The notes beneath the pieces were generated by a model. That model was not told the origin of the DNA and ran no database searches. It worked only from the letters and a program-made list of their open reading frames with translations. Of a stretch of 37,889 bases of DNA, positions 16,029 to 26,539 are shown one piece after another; within the stretch, counting starts at the first letter, position 1; each line of letters opens with the position of its first letter. The stretch is from positions 1 to 37,889 of IMG/VR virus record IMGVR_UViG_3300033076_000254; one strand, 5' to 3'. A program made the translations under genes and the position numbers. The stretch is from a virus (Duplodnaviria > Caudoviricetes).

Positions 16029-16312
16029 AAGAACAGAAAGTACAAGCTAAGAAAATAAAGGAACTCGAAGCCGAAGGGTACTACGTTATTAAATTAACCA
16101 TGACCAATAAGAACGGGATACCTGACTTGCTTGCGATACCAAGGAACAGTGACGTGGTATTCATAGAAGTAAAGGCTACCAATGGGAAGCTGTCAAAGCT
16201 CCAAGAGTATCGATTAAAAGAACTCCAAAACCACGGAGTACGTGTGGAAGTATTTAGAGAACCTAAAAAAGAAGAAGATGCAAGACAAAAAAGAGATAGA
16301 GGAAATGATTGA
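16025..16312 (+). CDS. VRR-NUC domain nuclease (Holliday-junction resolvase-like)
   Basis: GIPDLL...FIEVK..GKLSKLQ. Confidence 0.85.
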   Translation: MKEQKVQAKKIKELEAEGYYVIKLTMTNKNGIPDLLAIPRNSDVVFIEVKATNGKLSKLQEYRLKELQNHGVRVEVFREPKKEEDARQKRDRGND

Positions 16313-16790
16313 TATAATCAAGAACGTATTGGATGTAGACATAAGAACTAAGTCAGGCAAAAGGAAGTACGTGAATGGTAGATTTATCTATAGTAAGATT
16401 ATGACAGACAGGGGATATGGCATAAGTTTATTGGGGAAGCATATAAAAAAGCACCACTCAAGTATCCTCCATTATAGAGATACTGCCAATGATTTGTTGG
16501 AAACTGACCCATTATTTGCAGAGAGATATATTGCTTGTAAGGAAAAATTCATGTCAGACAAGGGACCTTTGTCTAAAGTATCAAGCAAAGATGATTTAAT
16601 TAATCAAATGGATGCATTAATTTTGAGTAGGAACGCCTTATTAGAAGAGGTGCAAAAGCATAAAAGACTGAAGAATATAATCGAGTTCATAGACAGTCGG
16701 ACACCAAGGGGTAAAGAGTCTTTCGTGCTTAGGAAAATTAACTTAATGTTTAATGGAATAACCGACTATGACCGAGAACTTGAATGGTGA
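16278..16790 (+). CDS. Second DnaA-domain-IV-like HTH protein (start at 16278 or 16305)
   Basis: KSGKRKYVNGRFIYSKIM...LGKHIKKHHSSILHY has the same pattern as 8394-8696, plus a coiled-coil C-terminal part. Confidence 0.6.
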   Translation: MQDKKEIEEMIDIIKNVLDVDIRTKSGKRKYVNGRFIYSKIMTDRGYGISLLGKHIKKHHSSILHYRDTANDLLETDPLFAERYIACKEKFMSDKGPLSKVSSKDDLINQMDALILSRNALLEEVQKHKRLKNIIEFIDSRTPRGKESFVLRKINLMFNGITDYDRELEW

Positions 16791-16962
16791 GAACGCTCGA
16801 GCTGAGCGAATCGCCTTTAGAATCAACGAGCATCACCTGCTCTTAGCAAACGTCTACGAAAACATTGTGGATAGGGACTTTGTCCCCGCAGAAAAAGACA
16901 TCCGCAATCTTATCATAGACCTTCGACTAATATTAAAATCAATGGAAGACGATGACTTTTGA
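16768..16962 (+). CDS. Hypothetical protein (64 aa)
   Basis: Packed ORF. Confidence 0.6.
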   Translation: MTENLNGENARAERIAFRINEHHLLLANVYENIVDRDFVPAEKDIRNLIIDLRLILKSMEDDDF

Positions 16963-17365
16963 AACAGAGACAGACTTAATCAGAGAGAAGAAAGCAATTG
17001 AATTATTTGTAAGCATATTCGGTGGGTCGTATAAAAAGTTAGACCCACATGACATCGACTACAAAGTCTTTGACAAAGACAAGAACTTAATCGCATACGC
17101 AGAAGTTAAAGGACGCATCAGGTCAATGAAGACAGCGTATCCTCTGCCATTATCTGCTAAGAAATTAGTCAAGTTAATTGACAAAAGATTAGCACCTGTA
17201 TTGATATGGGCTTGTGATGATGGAATCATCTATGGCAAAGCCAACAAACTACACGGAGAAATTAAATGGGGAGGTCGCCCTCCCCGTGATGGTTCTTTTA
17301 ATGATGCTGAGATGATGGTCTATTATGATAAGCAAAAAGAACTTAAGTACGTCAGATACGTTTAG
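16952..17365 (+). CDS. Putative PD-(D/E)XK-fold nuclease
   Basis: E...DIDY...YAEVKGR pattern. Last plus-strand gene, with its stop overlapping the convergent stop of the giant gene. Confidence 0.55.
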   Translation: MTFETETDLIREKKAIELFVSIFGGSYKKLDPHDIDYKVFDKDKNLIAYAEVKGRIRSMKTAYPLPLSAKKLVKLIDKRLAPVLIWACDDGIIYGKANKLHGEIKWGGRPPRDGSFNDAEMMVYYDKQKELKYVRYV

Positions 17366-20300
17366 TCTTTACCAAACTCTTCCGAACCAAATCCATCCTT
17401 ACTTTTTTTCTTAGTCCCTCCAAATGATTCTGAACCAAACCCTCCTTTGCTTTTCTTAGGCTTAGGAGTATATTGGTACATCTCATCTTTCATTGCTCTC
17501 TCTAACTCTCTCTTTTGTTTTTTCAATTCTTTCTCTGCCTTTCTTTCATCGTAGTCAGGAGCATCAGGACCGAATGTTCTGTTCCACAACTCAGGGTCGT
17601 AACGCTTCATGTCTGCTTCGCTCTCATATCCTTGAAGTCTTTCTGCCTTTGCTTTCTTTTTATCTCCCGCAGTTTTCTCTGCGTTCTCAAGGTCTTTATA
17701 AATATCTTTCATAACAGCCTTACGAACATCTTTGTAAAGAGGCACAAGACCTGCGTTGCCTAATATCTCAAGAGGAATCCTAACATTCAATTCTTTCTCT
17801 CTTCTTGCAATGGCATCTGCTTTCTTCTTCTCAGGCTCTAATGCTTTCTTAACAATGAAGTCGGCAGTTTTTAAAGATGGACCGAATGCACCACCCATAT
17901 TCAATAAGAAGTCAGACAAGTCTCTTTGTTTCCCTTTCTTTTCAGGAGGTACAATAGAGTATTGAATAGCATCCTTGTATGGGTCATACTCGCCTTCTCT
18001 TAAGAAGTCTAAGTAGTTTTCATTAGCACGCTCCAATCCGTAGTTTACAATGCTCTTAGTGGCATTGCCAAAGTCTCTACCAAATATCATAGATGTCATT
18101 GCGGACACAAATGACTGACCAAGTTTTTGCATGAATGACTTTTCTGTTTCCTCTTCATCATCATCAAAGAATAATCCCATAAGACCTGTGCCTAACATTT
18201 GAGTCATCAGTGTGTACACCATCATACGTGTGGTTACACCGGCAAGCAATGCTGCTCCTTGCTTCTTAGTTAAAGAGCCATTGCCCATCGCTGCCATGAT
18301 ACCTGTACGTGCAGTCACATATTCAAATATCAAGAAGCGTGTCATGAAATTGTTGAAGTTATTGAACGCTCTAAGTGTAGCACTTTGATTAGGCTTTGTA
18401 GTTCCTTTAAGGATACCCATGAATGCGTTATCGGTAGCACCTGTAACCACAGACCTTTCATCTGCAACAGTCTTGGCTTTCTCAATAGCTTCTTTATTCT
18501 CGTCCATGTACGCCTCATCGTTCGCTGCTATCTTATCGAAGTCAACATCTTTGCCGGATGCTTTCTTAAATTCATTAGCAAATGACCCAAACCACATTGG
18601 ACGCATAACTACTTTATCAGGCGTAGCAATTAAAGCATCTGCCGTTAACTCAACTGCGTTTGTGTATTTCTTTCCTGAACGATTCCAAATCTGCTGAATC
18701 TTATTTGCTACAGCGTTCTTTGATTTACCTCCTTTGATACCACTTGCTTGGTTAAGTATTGACGTGTCAATTAACTTACCGGCTAATGTATCGGTAGGGA
18801 ATATTCTATTGGTCTGCTTACTCTTTACGTTCTCCATTACAAGTGGAGCATCAGTAGACATGATAATGTCTTTATACTTACTACCTGTAGTAAATGCTTC
18901 AGGGTCAGTGATAAGAGCAAAGCCAATGTTTGAGCTAAGCTCCGATACAAATCTACCGGTTCCTGCAAGGATAGCACGATAGCCCTGTTTGTTAATGAAG
19001 TCAATTACATCGTCAGCAAATGACGTAGTAACATAAGTGTTGGTGAGTAGATTCTCAATAGACTCTTCAAAAGCCGCATTGATAGCATTAATAATTTCTC
19101 TTTTCTCTTTAGGTATTCTTCCCTCATCTTCTAAATTAGCAATAGCTTGGTTGATTGTTTTACGTGCAGTACGTATTGGTTCAGTCAAGTTATAATCCAT
19201 CAAGACAAATTTTGCACCACGTTGAGCACTTGCAAATACATCAAAGTTCAATGGAGACACCTTGCCGGTTCTCGCAATCAATGACTTCGCCTTTGTAGAT
19301 GGTCTCATTGAATCATTGTACTCAGTAACAAATGCACTACCCGTAGTCAAATCGTTTGGCTGATGCTCATGTAATACGTTCAAGTGAACGTAGTTGTTAA
19401 GCGGGTTAATCCTGTCTCCACGAATGATGGCTGCTGTGTATTCAGCTTTCTCTCTTAGCGATTCGTTAACACCACGGATGTCATTGATGGCATCCTTCTC
19501 TGCTTGGTTGAATGACTTGTATAATTTCTCGTTGTCAATATTTCCATCGGCATCTGTATATGTATCAAGTATTTCTTGTAACATATTTGCGTCACGCTCA
19601 CCGAACTGAGACTTTCCGGCATCAATGTGTTTTATAGTTGCCTTTAAATAATCTGCAGCAGGATTTACTTGCTTGTCTCCTTGGTTGGATTCATACTCAA
19701 GTTGAATCATGTAAGTCATCATTTTAAACTTAGACATCAACGTTTTGTTAGGGTCAAGTTTAAATGACTTAGCCACCTTCTCTTCTGCCTTCTCTAAAAT
19801 GTTCTGAACCTTTTTCAATTCAGCACTGAACATTGCTTCACCTTCCGCAGCCTTATTTAGAATGGAATTAAATATGTCCTTTGTCTTGAAGTCACCAAAT
19901 AATTGGTCCACATTAAACAATGGGTTTCTTCTAATCATTTCAAGGATAGCTCCTTTCTTAGTAATCAAAGACTTTAATCTTGAGTAAAGTCCTGAGAACT
20001 TAGCAACCTTCGCATTCTTAATCGCAGAAGACAACACCTTTCCATTGTTGATGGCATTCATCTTCTCAACCATTAACTGTGCAAAGTGAGGCAAGTAATT
20101 GTTATTGATGTTGTCAATTACTTTAAGTAAGTTCTTAAGTTCAGTATTGCTTAAGCCCTGCAATGCATCTGTCTTAGTTAATCTCGCAAGTTCTTTAGCC
20201 AAATCTCTTTCATCTTTGCTTGGCAATTCTGAGCCATCTACTTGAGTAGATTTTACAGCAGCAATAAGTTCTTGCTTCTCTTGTTCTGCCTCCTCTTCTG

Positions 20301-23300
20301 TAAGCTCGGTCTCTTCTACCTGTGGAGCAATGTCGTCTTTGTACTTACGCATTGTCTCTGCTTCCTTATCATCAATCTCTTTCTCATCAAGCATCTTCTT
20401 GATGGATGCAGCGTAATCTAATTTGTCATCCTTGTAAACCTTGTTCTCAGAGTTATTCATTCTGTCCGCTAACTCATCAGCTACTGACTGCTCAGTATCT
20501 ATGGCGTTAAGAATTTCTTTTACGTCATCAGTTACCTTAGACTTCTCTTCAAGACTAAGTACAGCCTGTCTTGCTGAGAACATATCAACTAACTCCATGT
20601 AACGGTCAAGGTATGCATCAGGCACAAGTGTTGGGTTCATAGAGAATAATCTCTGTAATGGACCAACTAAACCATCAGCAATACCAATCTTGGTAACAAT
20701 GTTTTTCTTAGCTGCTTTTAATTTACTCTTGGCTACATCAATTGTGTTAGCATATTCTGCATTAGCAAATACCTTCGCCATGTAGTCAACAAAGTTTGAT
20801 ACTGACACCTCGTTAAGCATATTTACTTTGCCAAATCGAGCAATGATATTAGCTGCTTGCACTGCTGTAATCTTGCTGCCTGTCGCCATCTCACGAATCT
20901 CTTTAGCCAAATCCTTAGCTGCATCTCTTGACAAGTCTCTGATGCGTTTAATAACGAGCATCTTCTCTTCTCTTGAGATGTTTGTAATATCTTTTAATGA
21001 GCCCAATACACGACCAATAGATACTGCCTTTTTAGGAGCAACACCCATTTTGTTTCTTGCCTCACGCTCCATAATCTTTTTCTGTGCGTCATTAGCTTCC
21101 TTGTACACTTCTGAGTTACGGATAAACGTATCCAAGTTGGATACAATCTTTGACTCAGCAATACCTCTCTTCTTCTGACGTGCAATCAATTCGTCAGCCT
21201 TAACCATTAGTGCGTCATACGCTTCTTGAATAGGAGCAATCTGACTGATGGCATTGATACCATTTACTACGTCACGGCTACTTACGTTGTTGTCTTTAGC
21301 GACTCTCTTGATAGCTTCTTGCAAAGCCACACCTGCATCAACCAATGCTTTTACAGCTTGGATAATGGTCTTCATTACAGGAAGTGCAATGTTGACACCA
21401 AGGTTTTCTTTCTCAAACTTATTAATATCCTTAAGCACTTTGTCAAGACCGGCAGATACTTTTTGTAATGTGGTCTTGTCATTAGGGTCTAACGCAAGTA
21501 ATTCATCTAATGCTCCTGCCACTTCTTCGGTTACGGCTTCAACTGTTGGCTCCGCTTTAGCAGCAGCCTTAGCTTTCTTCGCTTCCGCTTTAGCGGCAGC
21601 CTTAGCTTTTTCCTTAGCTTTCTTCTTAGCTACTTTGTCAAACTCTTTCTTTTGAATTTTATTCCAACTATCAGCGATAGCTTTCTTCGCATCGCCTAAT
21701 GTTTCAAAGCCATCTAAATTAATCTCACCTCCATCAGCATCTTCTGCTGTGAAGTAGAATATTTTATCTTCGTCAGTAATCTTTGTAATAGTTCCAATCT
21801 CTTGCCCATCAGGGTCAGTTGCTTGTACAGTAATAGAAGAAAGATAAGTAACCGTTCTTCCACTGTCTGTCTCACGCTCATCTTCTTCATAGAACAAGGC
21901 ATTGTCTCTTGTAAATGAATCAGTCTTTACGTCAGATGCTTTAAGAGGCTCAAACTTTTCTTCTTCTTCCACTGCAGGAGCTACTTCTTCTTGAGCAGGT
22001 TGAGTTTGTACATCTCTTTCTTGCAATCCTTCAGGACGCATAGTAACGTCACCTTGTTCTGCTTCATCAAACTGAGAGAACTCCTCAGGCAATAAGCCAA
22101 TCTTTTGCTCAGCAAATAATGCATCTTGGTATATCTTATCTACAATTGCCTTAGCTCCTGCCTCATCTCCTTTCTCACGCAACTTTCTTGCCTCCTCTCT
22201 TAATTTGTCAATCTTCTCGTTAACACCTGAGAAGTTTACGTATGAGTTTTGACCACGTGTCTCAGTAGTCATTGCTCTTCTTGCAAGTGGAGAGAACATA
22301 CGTGCGTGTATATTCCACGCATTCTCTTCTCCCTTAGGACCAAATGAATTACCTAACTCTGCGTGACCATAGAAATCATGGATAGCACGGAACACATCGT
22401 TAACCAATAATGGATTGCCTTTAGCATCTTTGAATCCTGAATCTCTAAGCAAAGGGTTTCTTTGTCTTTGCTCTTCAGTGATTGGGTTGCTACCAAAACC
22501 TGCCTCAGTAGAAAATATTTTGATTCGATTGTTGTTACGCAAGTCATCAATCATTTCTTGAGAGTTGTTGTACGGCTCCTCATTATCTATCTCAATAGTA
22601 AATCCGGCATCAGTAAAGTCTTTGTATTGGTCTAATGTTTCCTTAGCCATAGCATCATAAGCCGCACGTACCTCAGGGTCGTCCGGATTATCAGGCATAG
22701 CCTCATAAGCAGCGGCTATTCGCTTGGCTCTGTCTTCGTCAAGTTTTCTTGTTCCTGCGAACTTTGGTCTTTCTGTTCCGAAAACTCTTTGAAAATATCC
22801 ATTCGCAACTTCCTTAGCTTTCTCGAGTGGCTTATTGAAGAGTCTGTTTCCTGCGATAGGTCCTCCTGTTGGAGTTGTTGTTGGTTGTCCATTTTCTTGT
22901 ATTTGAGTTGTTACTTCTTGCGTGCCCTCAGGCGTGATGGTTTCTTCGGTCCCTGTGGTAGTGACTTCAGGTTGGACGTTTCCTTCGCCCACTTGCTGCA
23001 ATCCCACTTCGGGTTGCCCTGTGCGTAGCACGCCTTCATTTGTTGCTTGTTCTTGAACGGCATTTTTTTCGTCTTTTATGGTTTCGGTTACAGCCTCTTC
23101 TTGAAGCTGATTCTCTTGAATATTTTTAATCTGACTTCTGATAGCAGCAGCCTTATCTTTTCCTGTCTGAGTTGTGTTTCCTTCTAATGCTCTAAGTTGT
23201 TTCTCTAAATCAGTAATTGCATTTAGACTTGGTTCATTTAAGTCAGGGTTCCCCTGCTTAACTTGTTCTTTAATTGCATTAGTAACAATCTTATCTTGGA

Positions 23301-24678
23301 TTTTAAACTTGCGACCTTCATAATCATTCTCAATGTCAATCTTAGTCTTAGCTAAATCAACAGGGTCCATGGTCTCAATCAGCTCATCTACTTGTTGAGC
23401 ACTAACTTTCTCGCCATTTACTTTGTAAGTTGGCTTAGCAAGTCTTGCTTGGATTGTAGACCTGATACCACCCGGTAATTCTGCAAGACCTTCTAATGCA
23501 ATCTCAGATACATCCATGTCTTGACCAATTGCACCTCTTGCCGCAGCCTCACCTGCTGACCCACCTAATGCTTCAATACCTGCACCTGCAGCGGTAGCTC
23601 CTGTAATTGCACGTCTACTTACTGCTCCTGTTGCAGACTTAGCTGCAGACTTGCCTACTATTTTAGCACCAACTCCTGATGCAAGTTTACCTGTTAATGC
23701 ATCTACAGTACCAATAATGGCACCTCTTGCAATGGCTTTATTTCTTATTTCATTTAACTTCTGAGGGTCTTCAAGGATAGCTTTCACATTTTCCTTAGTC
23801 ATTTCTTTCCCCTTCAATTGCTCTTGAAGCAATTCACCAAAGGTTGACCCCATCTCAACTACACTACTTGCTAAACCAAACGCATATGGAACTGCTGATG
23901 TAGCACCTGCAACCGCTCCGGGAATTGCACCAACGCCACCTGCCGGTGCCCCTGTTACGGCTCCAATACCTGCACCTGTTCCAATTGCTGATGCCCCTGC
24001 TGTTAATGCATCAGTGTTCGTAGCCATGGCTGTTAATGAACTCGTAAGAACTTCAGGAATAATAGAGGGATTATTTGCTAATCCTTTTACTACACCCCAA
24101 AATCCTTTTCCTTCATTTTCGTAAATCTTTTGATAGTTCTGCATCTCGGCACTTGGTCCGATTGCATTTGCACTTTTATTTGCAGCAATAAATTTTTGAA
24201 CCTGCTCTAATGAAGGTTTAGTCCCTTGCAATAACAATTTATCGGCTTCTTCTGCAGACTTTGCTTGTCTGTATCCTGACGCAACACTACGTGCCATGTC
24301 ATCAACAAAGTCCCCAATACCAATTGGAACAATGTTATCAAGACCTCTTAATACGTTCCCAAATGCACCCGTAAAGTAATCTTCTTCTTCAGGTACTTTA
24401 GCAATCTTTTGCGATACCGATGAACCAACACCCGAAGGTGATGCCGTAACGACTTTTTTTTTAGAAGGAGCTCCCACAGAGAACTCAGGGAACTTTGCAA
24501 ACAATTCATCTTCTGTAGCGTATTTACCGCTATTAGAAGTTGCAACGAAGTCCTTTAATACATTAACGTCATATCCTTGTAACTCAGGGAACTTAGATAG
24601 TAAAGTTGCTTCATCAGTATATTTACCGCTATTAGAAGTAGCTACAAAATCTTTTAACGCTTGTCTTAAATCCGGCAT
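17362..24678 (-). CDS. Giant internal virion/ejection protein (2438 aa), polyvalent-type
   Basis: Last gene of the virion arm. Gly/Ala-rich hydrophobic segments, a long helical body and an inserted FRAIHDFYGH domain. Confidence 0.75.
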   Translation of the reverse strand: MPDLRQALKDFVATSNSGKYTDEATLLSKFPELQGYDVNVLKDFVATSNSGKYATEDELFAKFPEFSVGAPSKKKVVTASPSGVGSSVSQKIAKVPEEEDYFTGAFGNVLRGLDNIVPIGIGDFVDDMARSVASGYRQAKSAEEADKLLLQGTKPSLEQVQKFIAANKSANAIGPSAEMQNYQKIYENEGKGFWGVVKGLANNPSIIPEVLTSSLTAMATNTDALTAGASAIGTGAGIGAVTGAPAGGVGAIPGAVAGATSAVPYAFGLASSVVEMGSTFGELLQEQLKGKEMTKENVKAILEDPQKLNEIRNKAIARGAIIGTVDALTGKLASGVGAKIVGKSAAKSATGAVSRRAITGATAAGAGIEALGGSAGEAAARGAIGQDMDVSEIALEGLAELPGGIRSTIQARLAKPTYKVNGEKVSAQQVDELIETMDPVDLAKTKIDIENDYEGRKFKIQDKIVTNAIKEQVKQGNPDLNEPSLNAITDLEKQLRALEGNTTQTGKDKAAAIRSQIKNIQENQLQEEAVTETIKDEKNAVQEQATNEGVLRTGQPEVGLQQVGEGNVQPEVTTTGTEETITPEGTQEVTTQIQENGQPTTTPTGGPIAGNRLFNKPLEKAKEVANGYFQRVFGTERPKFAGTRKLDEDRAKRIAAAYEAMPDNPDDPEVRAAYDAMAKETLDQYKDFTDAGFTIEIDNEEPYNNSQEMIDDLRNNNRIKIFSTEAGFGSNPITEEQRQRNPLLRDSGFKDAKGNPLLVNDVFRAIHDFYGHAELGNSFGPKGEENAWNIHARMFSPLARRAMTTETRGQNSYVNFSGVNEKIDKLREEARKLREKGDEAGAKAIVDKIYQDALFAEQKIGLLPEEFSQFDEAEQGDVTMRPEGLQERDVQTQPAQEEVAPAVEEEEKFEPLKASDVKTDSFTRDNALFYEEDERETDSGRTVTYLSSITVQATDPDGQEIGTITKITDEDKIFYFTAEDADGGEINLDGFETLGDAKKAIADSWNKIQKKEFDKVAKKKAKEKAKAAAKAEAKKAKAAAKAEPTVEAVTEEVAGALDELLALDPNDKTTLQKVSAGLDKVLKDINKFEKENLGVNIALPVMKTIIQAVKALVDAGVALQEAIKRVAKDNNVSSRDVVNGINAISQIAPIQEAYDALMVKADELIARQKKRGIAESKIVSNLDTFIRNSEVYKEANDAQKKIMEREARNKMGVAPKKAVSIGRVLGSLKDITNISREEKMLVIKRIRDLSRDAAKDLAKEIREMATGSKITAVQAANIIARFGKVNMLNEVSVSNFVDYMAKVFANAEYANTIDVAKSKLKAAKKNIVTKIGIADGLVGPLQRLFSMNPTLVPDAYLDRYMELVDMFSARQAVLSLEEKSKVTDDVKEILNAIDTEQSVADELADRMNNSENKVYKDDKLDYAASIKKMLDEKEIDDKEAETMRKYKDDIAPQVEETELTEEEAEQEKQELIAAVKSTQVDGSELPSKDERDLAKELARLTKTDALQGLSNTELKNLLKVIDNINNNYLPHFAQLMVEKMNAINNGKVLSSAIKNAKVAKFSGLYSRLKSLITKKGAILEMIRRNPLFNVDQLFGDFKTKDIFNSILNKAAEGEAMFSAELKKVQNILEKAEEKVAKSFKLDPNKTLMSKFKMMTYMIQLEYESNQGDKQVNPAADYLKATIKHIDAGKSQFGERDANMLQEILDTYTDADGNIDNEKLYKSFNQAEKDAINDIRGVNESLREKAEYTAAIIRGDRINPLNNYVHLNVLHEHQPNDLTTGSAFVTEYNDSMRPSTKAKSLIARTGKVSPLNFDVFASAQRGAKFVLMDYNLTEPIRTARKTINQAIANLEDEGRIPKEKREIINAINAAFEESIENLLTNTYVTTSFADDVIDFINKQGYRAILAGTGRFVSELSSNIGFALITDPEAFTTGSKYKDIIMSTDAPLVMENVKSKQTNRIFPTDTLAGKLIDTSILNQASGIKGGKSKNAVANKIQQIWNRSGKKYTNAVELTADALIATPDKVVMRPMWFGSFANEFKKASGKDVDFDKIAANDEAYMDENKEAIEKAKTVADERSVVTGATDNAFMGILKGTTKPNQSATLRAFNNFNNFMTRFLIFEYVTARTGIMAAMGNGSLTKKQGAALLAGVTTRMMVYTLMTQMLGTGLMGLFFDDDEEETEKSFMQKLGQSFVSAMTSMIFGRDFGNATKSIVNYGLERANENYLDFLREGEYDPYKDAIQYSIVPPEKKGKQRDLSDFLLNMGGAFGPSLKTADFIVKKALEPEKKKADAIARREKELNVRIPLEILGNAGLVPLYKDVRKAVMKDIYKDLENAEKTAGDKKKAKAERLQGYESEADMKRYDPELWNRTFGPDAPDYDERKAEKELKKQKRELERAMKDEMYQYTPKPKKSKGGFGSESFGGTKKKSKDGFGSEEFGKD

Positions 24679-24698
24679 AATTAATTTTTTTATTTGTT

Positions 24699-26519
24699 CT
24701 ATCTAACCTTCCCGCCTGTAACTGTTGGTCTACCACCCTGTCCACCGAAAACATTTGCTGCTGCTTTTCTATCAAATCTCTTAGTAATTAAATCTTCAAT
24801 AGCCGCTGCGTCATCTAAGTTATCAATGTTAAACGACCCAACAACTTTACCTGTAGAGTCTGTTACATCAATCATGTCATCAGTAAATCCTTTCGTGTAA
24901 CCTCTGAAACTGAACCCTAAGTTACGGAACTTATTTAGTAAATTATTCTGAGTTGCTTTAGGGTCATCCGGAACAATTAAGTTTGTTACCTCTGAAGCAA
25001 TTTGTGCTACTTGTGGAGTATAGTCTTGAGCTCCTTGTGTCCCTGCTCTACTTGACTTAACGCCTGTAAAGTCTGAGATAGCTCCGTATCCTGTACCACC
25101 ACCACCGGCTCTAACTGCTTCTTTTCTATCTACTACACCATGCAATTCAACCCCTTTCCCTGCAAAGTCAAATAATGTAGAACCTGCCATTGGAATCTCT
25201 CTGTTCTTTTTAGAGTCAGCATATTTCAATACTACTGTTCCCGGCTTAGATTCTAAGTCAATCTCAAGTAATCCCTGTGCCTGAGCATTAGGAGTACCTA
25301 ATAATATGTCAGCAGCATCTCTTTTAGCAGCCGCTGTCTTACCTGTGTATAATTGGTTCCAAGCACCCGCTGCAGCCATTTCATTCTTCTTCTCTTGTCC
25401 TGCTGCGTATTGCCATGCTTGAGCTTGAGGTCCATAAGGGATAGTAGATGTGGTATCAATCTGTCTCTTATCATCGAGCTTGCCTAATAACTGAGTTCTA
25501 ACCCAATCACGAGCTTCTGTTTCTTGCTCTTTATAGTGAGCACCTGACTTATCAATGATAGGCAACCCTGTTGTTTGATTAATCTTTAAAAGAATTTTGC
25601 TTTTATCTTTTGCCGCTACATCTTTGTCATAAGTAAATGACTCCTGACTATACTTCCCTGTGTTCTGTGTAAGAACAGAAGATATGTTATAGTCATTAGC
25701 AAAGTATGAATCAATCGTACTATTGATTGCAGCGTTTGCTTTATCAATAGAATCCTGAAACTCAGGATGCTTCTTCACCTCGCCTTGTAAAGCACCAATA
25801 CCTAATAACTTGGTAATGGTACCTGCACCTGTTTTAGTTGCCGCTTGGTATATATAATCCATGCTCTCACCCAAGTTCTTCACCGTATTATTCATCGCCT
25901 CATCTGCTTTCCATGCAGGTATGTCAGCTAATATCTTACCCTTAATAACGTTAACAGGAGCCACGTCATTAGTCAATTCCATTACACCCGTATTAGGATT
26001 TGGTCTCATGATACCAACATTAACCACACCTGTTGATGGGTCAATGACAGCTTTTGATTTTGAGAAGTCAGCAAAGCCTTCTACTGATGCCATGTTAGCA
26101 CCTGTCAATGCTTGAAGTTCTCCGCTTTGGATTCCCTCCATCTTCTTCTTGTACTGTTCCTGATATAATTTTTGTAAATCAAACAATGTGTTTGTTCCAT
26201 CTACATAGTTTTGTCTTCTATACGTATAGTCTTGCAGTTTCATTTGACCTGACTTTAATAGTCTGTTGTCAATCATCTGCTGTTCCATCATTGAGTGGGC
26301 ATAATCATTTGTAAACTTATTCGCATCTTGGAATTGTCCTTGCGGAGCATTCTCTAATGTTTGTTGAAACTCACGAGTAGCTTGGTCAATAGCCGCTTTC
26401 TTTTGTTCACGGATAGTCACTTCCTGCTTAAGCATATCAGATATGCCCTTGCCTACCTCAGCCCAATTGACTTGACTATCTGCGTTCCGTTCTGCGTATT
26501 TATAATATGTTGCCATCAA
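24699..26519 (-). CDS. Putative internal virion/ejection protein (606 aa)
   Basis: Lies between the pilot-like protein and the giant protein. Helical, Gln/Ala-rich. Confidence 0.65.
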   Translation of the reverse strand: MMATYYKYAERNADSQVNWAEVGKGISDMLKQEVTIREQKKAAIDQATREFQQTLENAPQGQFQDANKFTNDYAHSMMEQQMIDNRLLKSGQMKLQDYTYRRQNYVDGTNTLFDLQKLYQEQYKKKMEGIQSGELQALTGANMASVEGFADFSKSKAVIDPSTGVVNVGIMRPNPNTGVMELTNDVAPVNVIKGKILADIPAWKADEAMNNTVKNLGESMDYIYQAATKTGAGTITKLLGIGALQGEVKKHPEFQDSIDKANAAINSTIDSYFANDYNISSVLTQNTGKYSQESFTYDKDVAAKDKSKILLKINQTTGLPIIDKSGAHYKEQETEARDWVRTQLLGKLDDKRQIDTTSTIPYGPQAQAWQYAAGQEKKNEMAAAGAWNQLYTGKTAAAKRDAADILLGTPNAQAQGLLEIDLESKPGTVVLKYADSKKNREIPMAGSTLFDFAGKGVELHGVVDRKEAVRAGGGGTGYGAISDFTGVKSSRAGTQGAQDYTPQVAQIASEVTNLIVPDDPKATQNNLLNKFRNLGFSFRGYTKGFTDDMIDVTDSTGKVVGSFNIDNLDDAAAIEDLITKRFDRKAAANVFGGQGGRPTVTGGKVR

Positions 26520-26539
26520 CTGAATGTTTTATTTTACTA

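Noticed and set aside
18535-18549. DVDFD in the giant protein as the catalytic DxDxD of a crAss-like virion RNA polymerase
   Set aside because: It lies in a helical-looking C-terminal region without recognisable double-psi beta-barrel context, and host-type promoters precede the early genes. Structure prediction is needed to exclude it fully.
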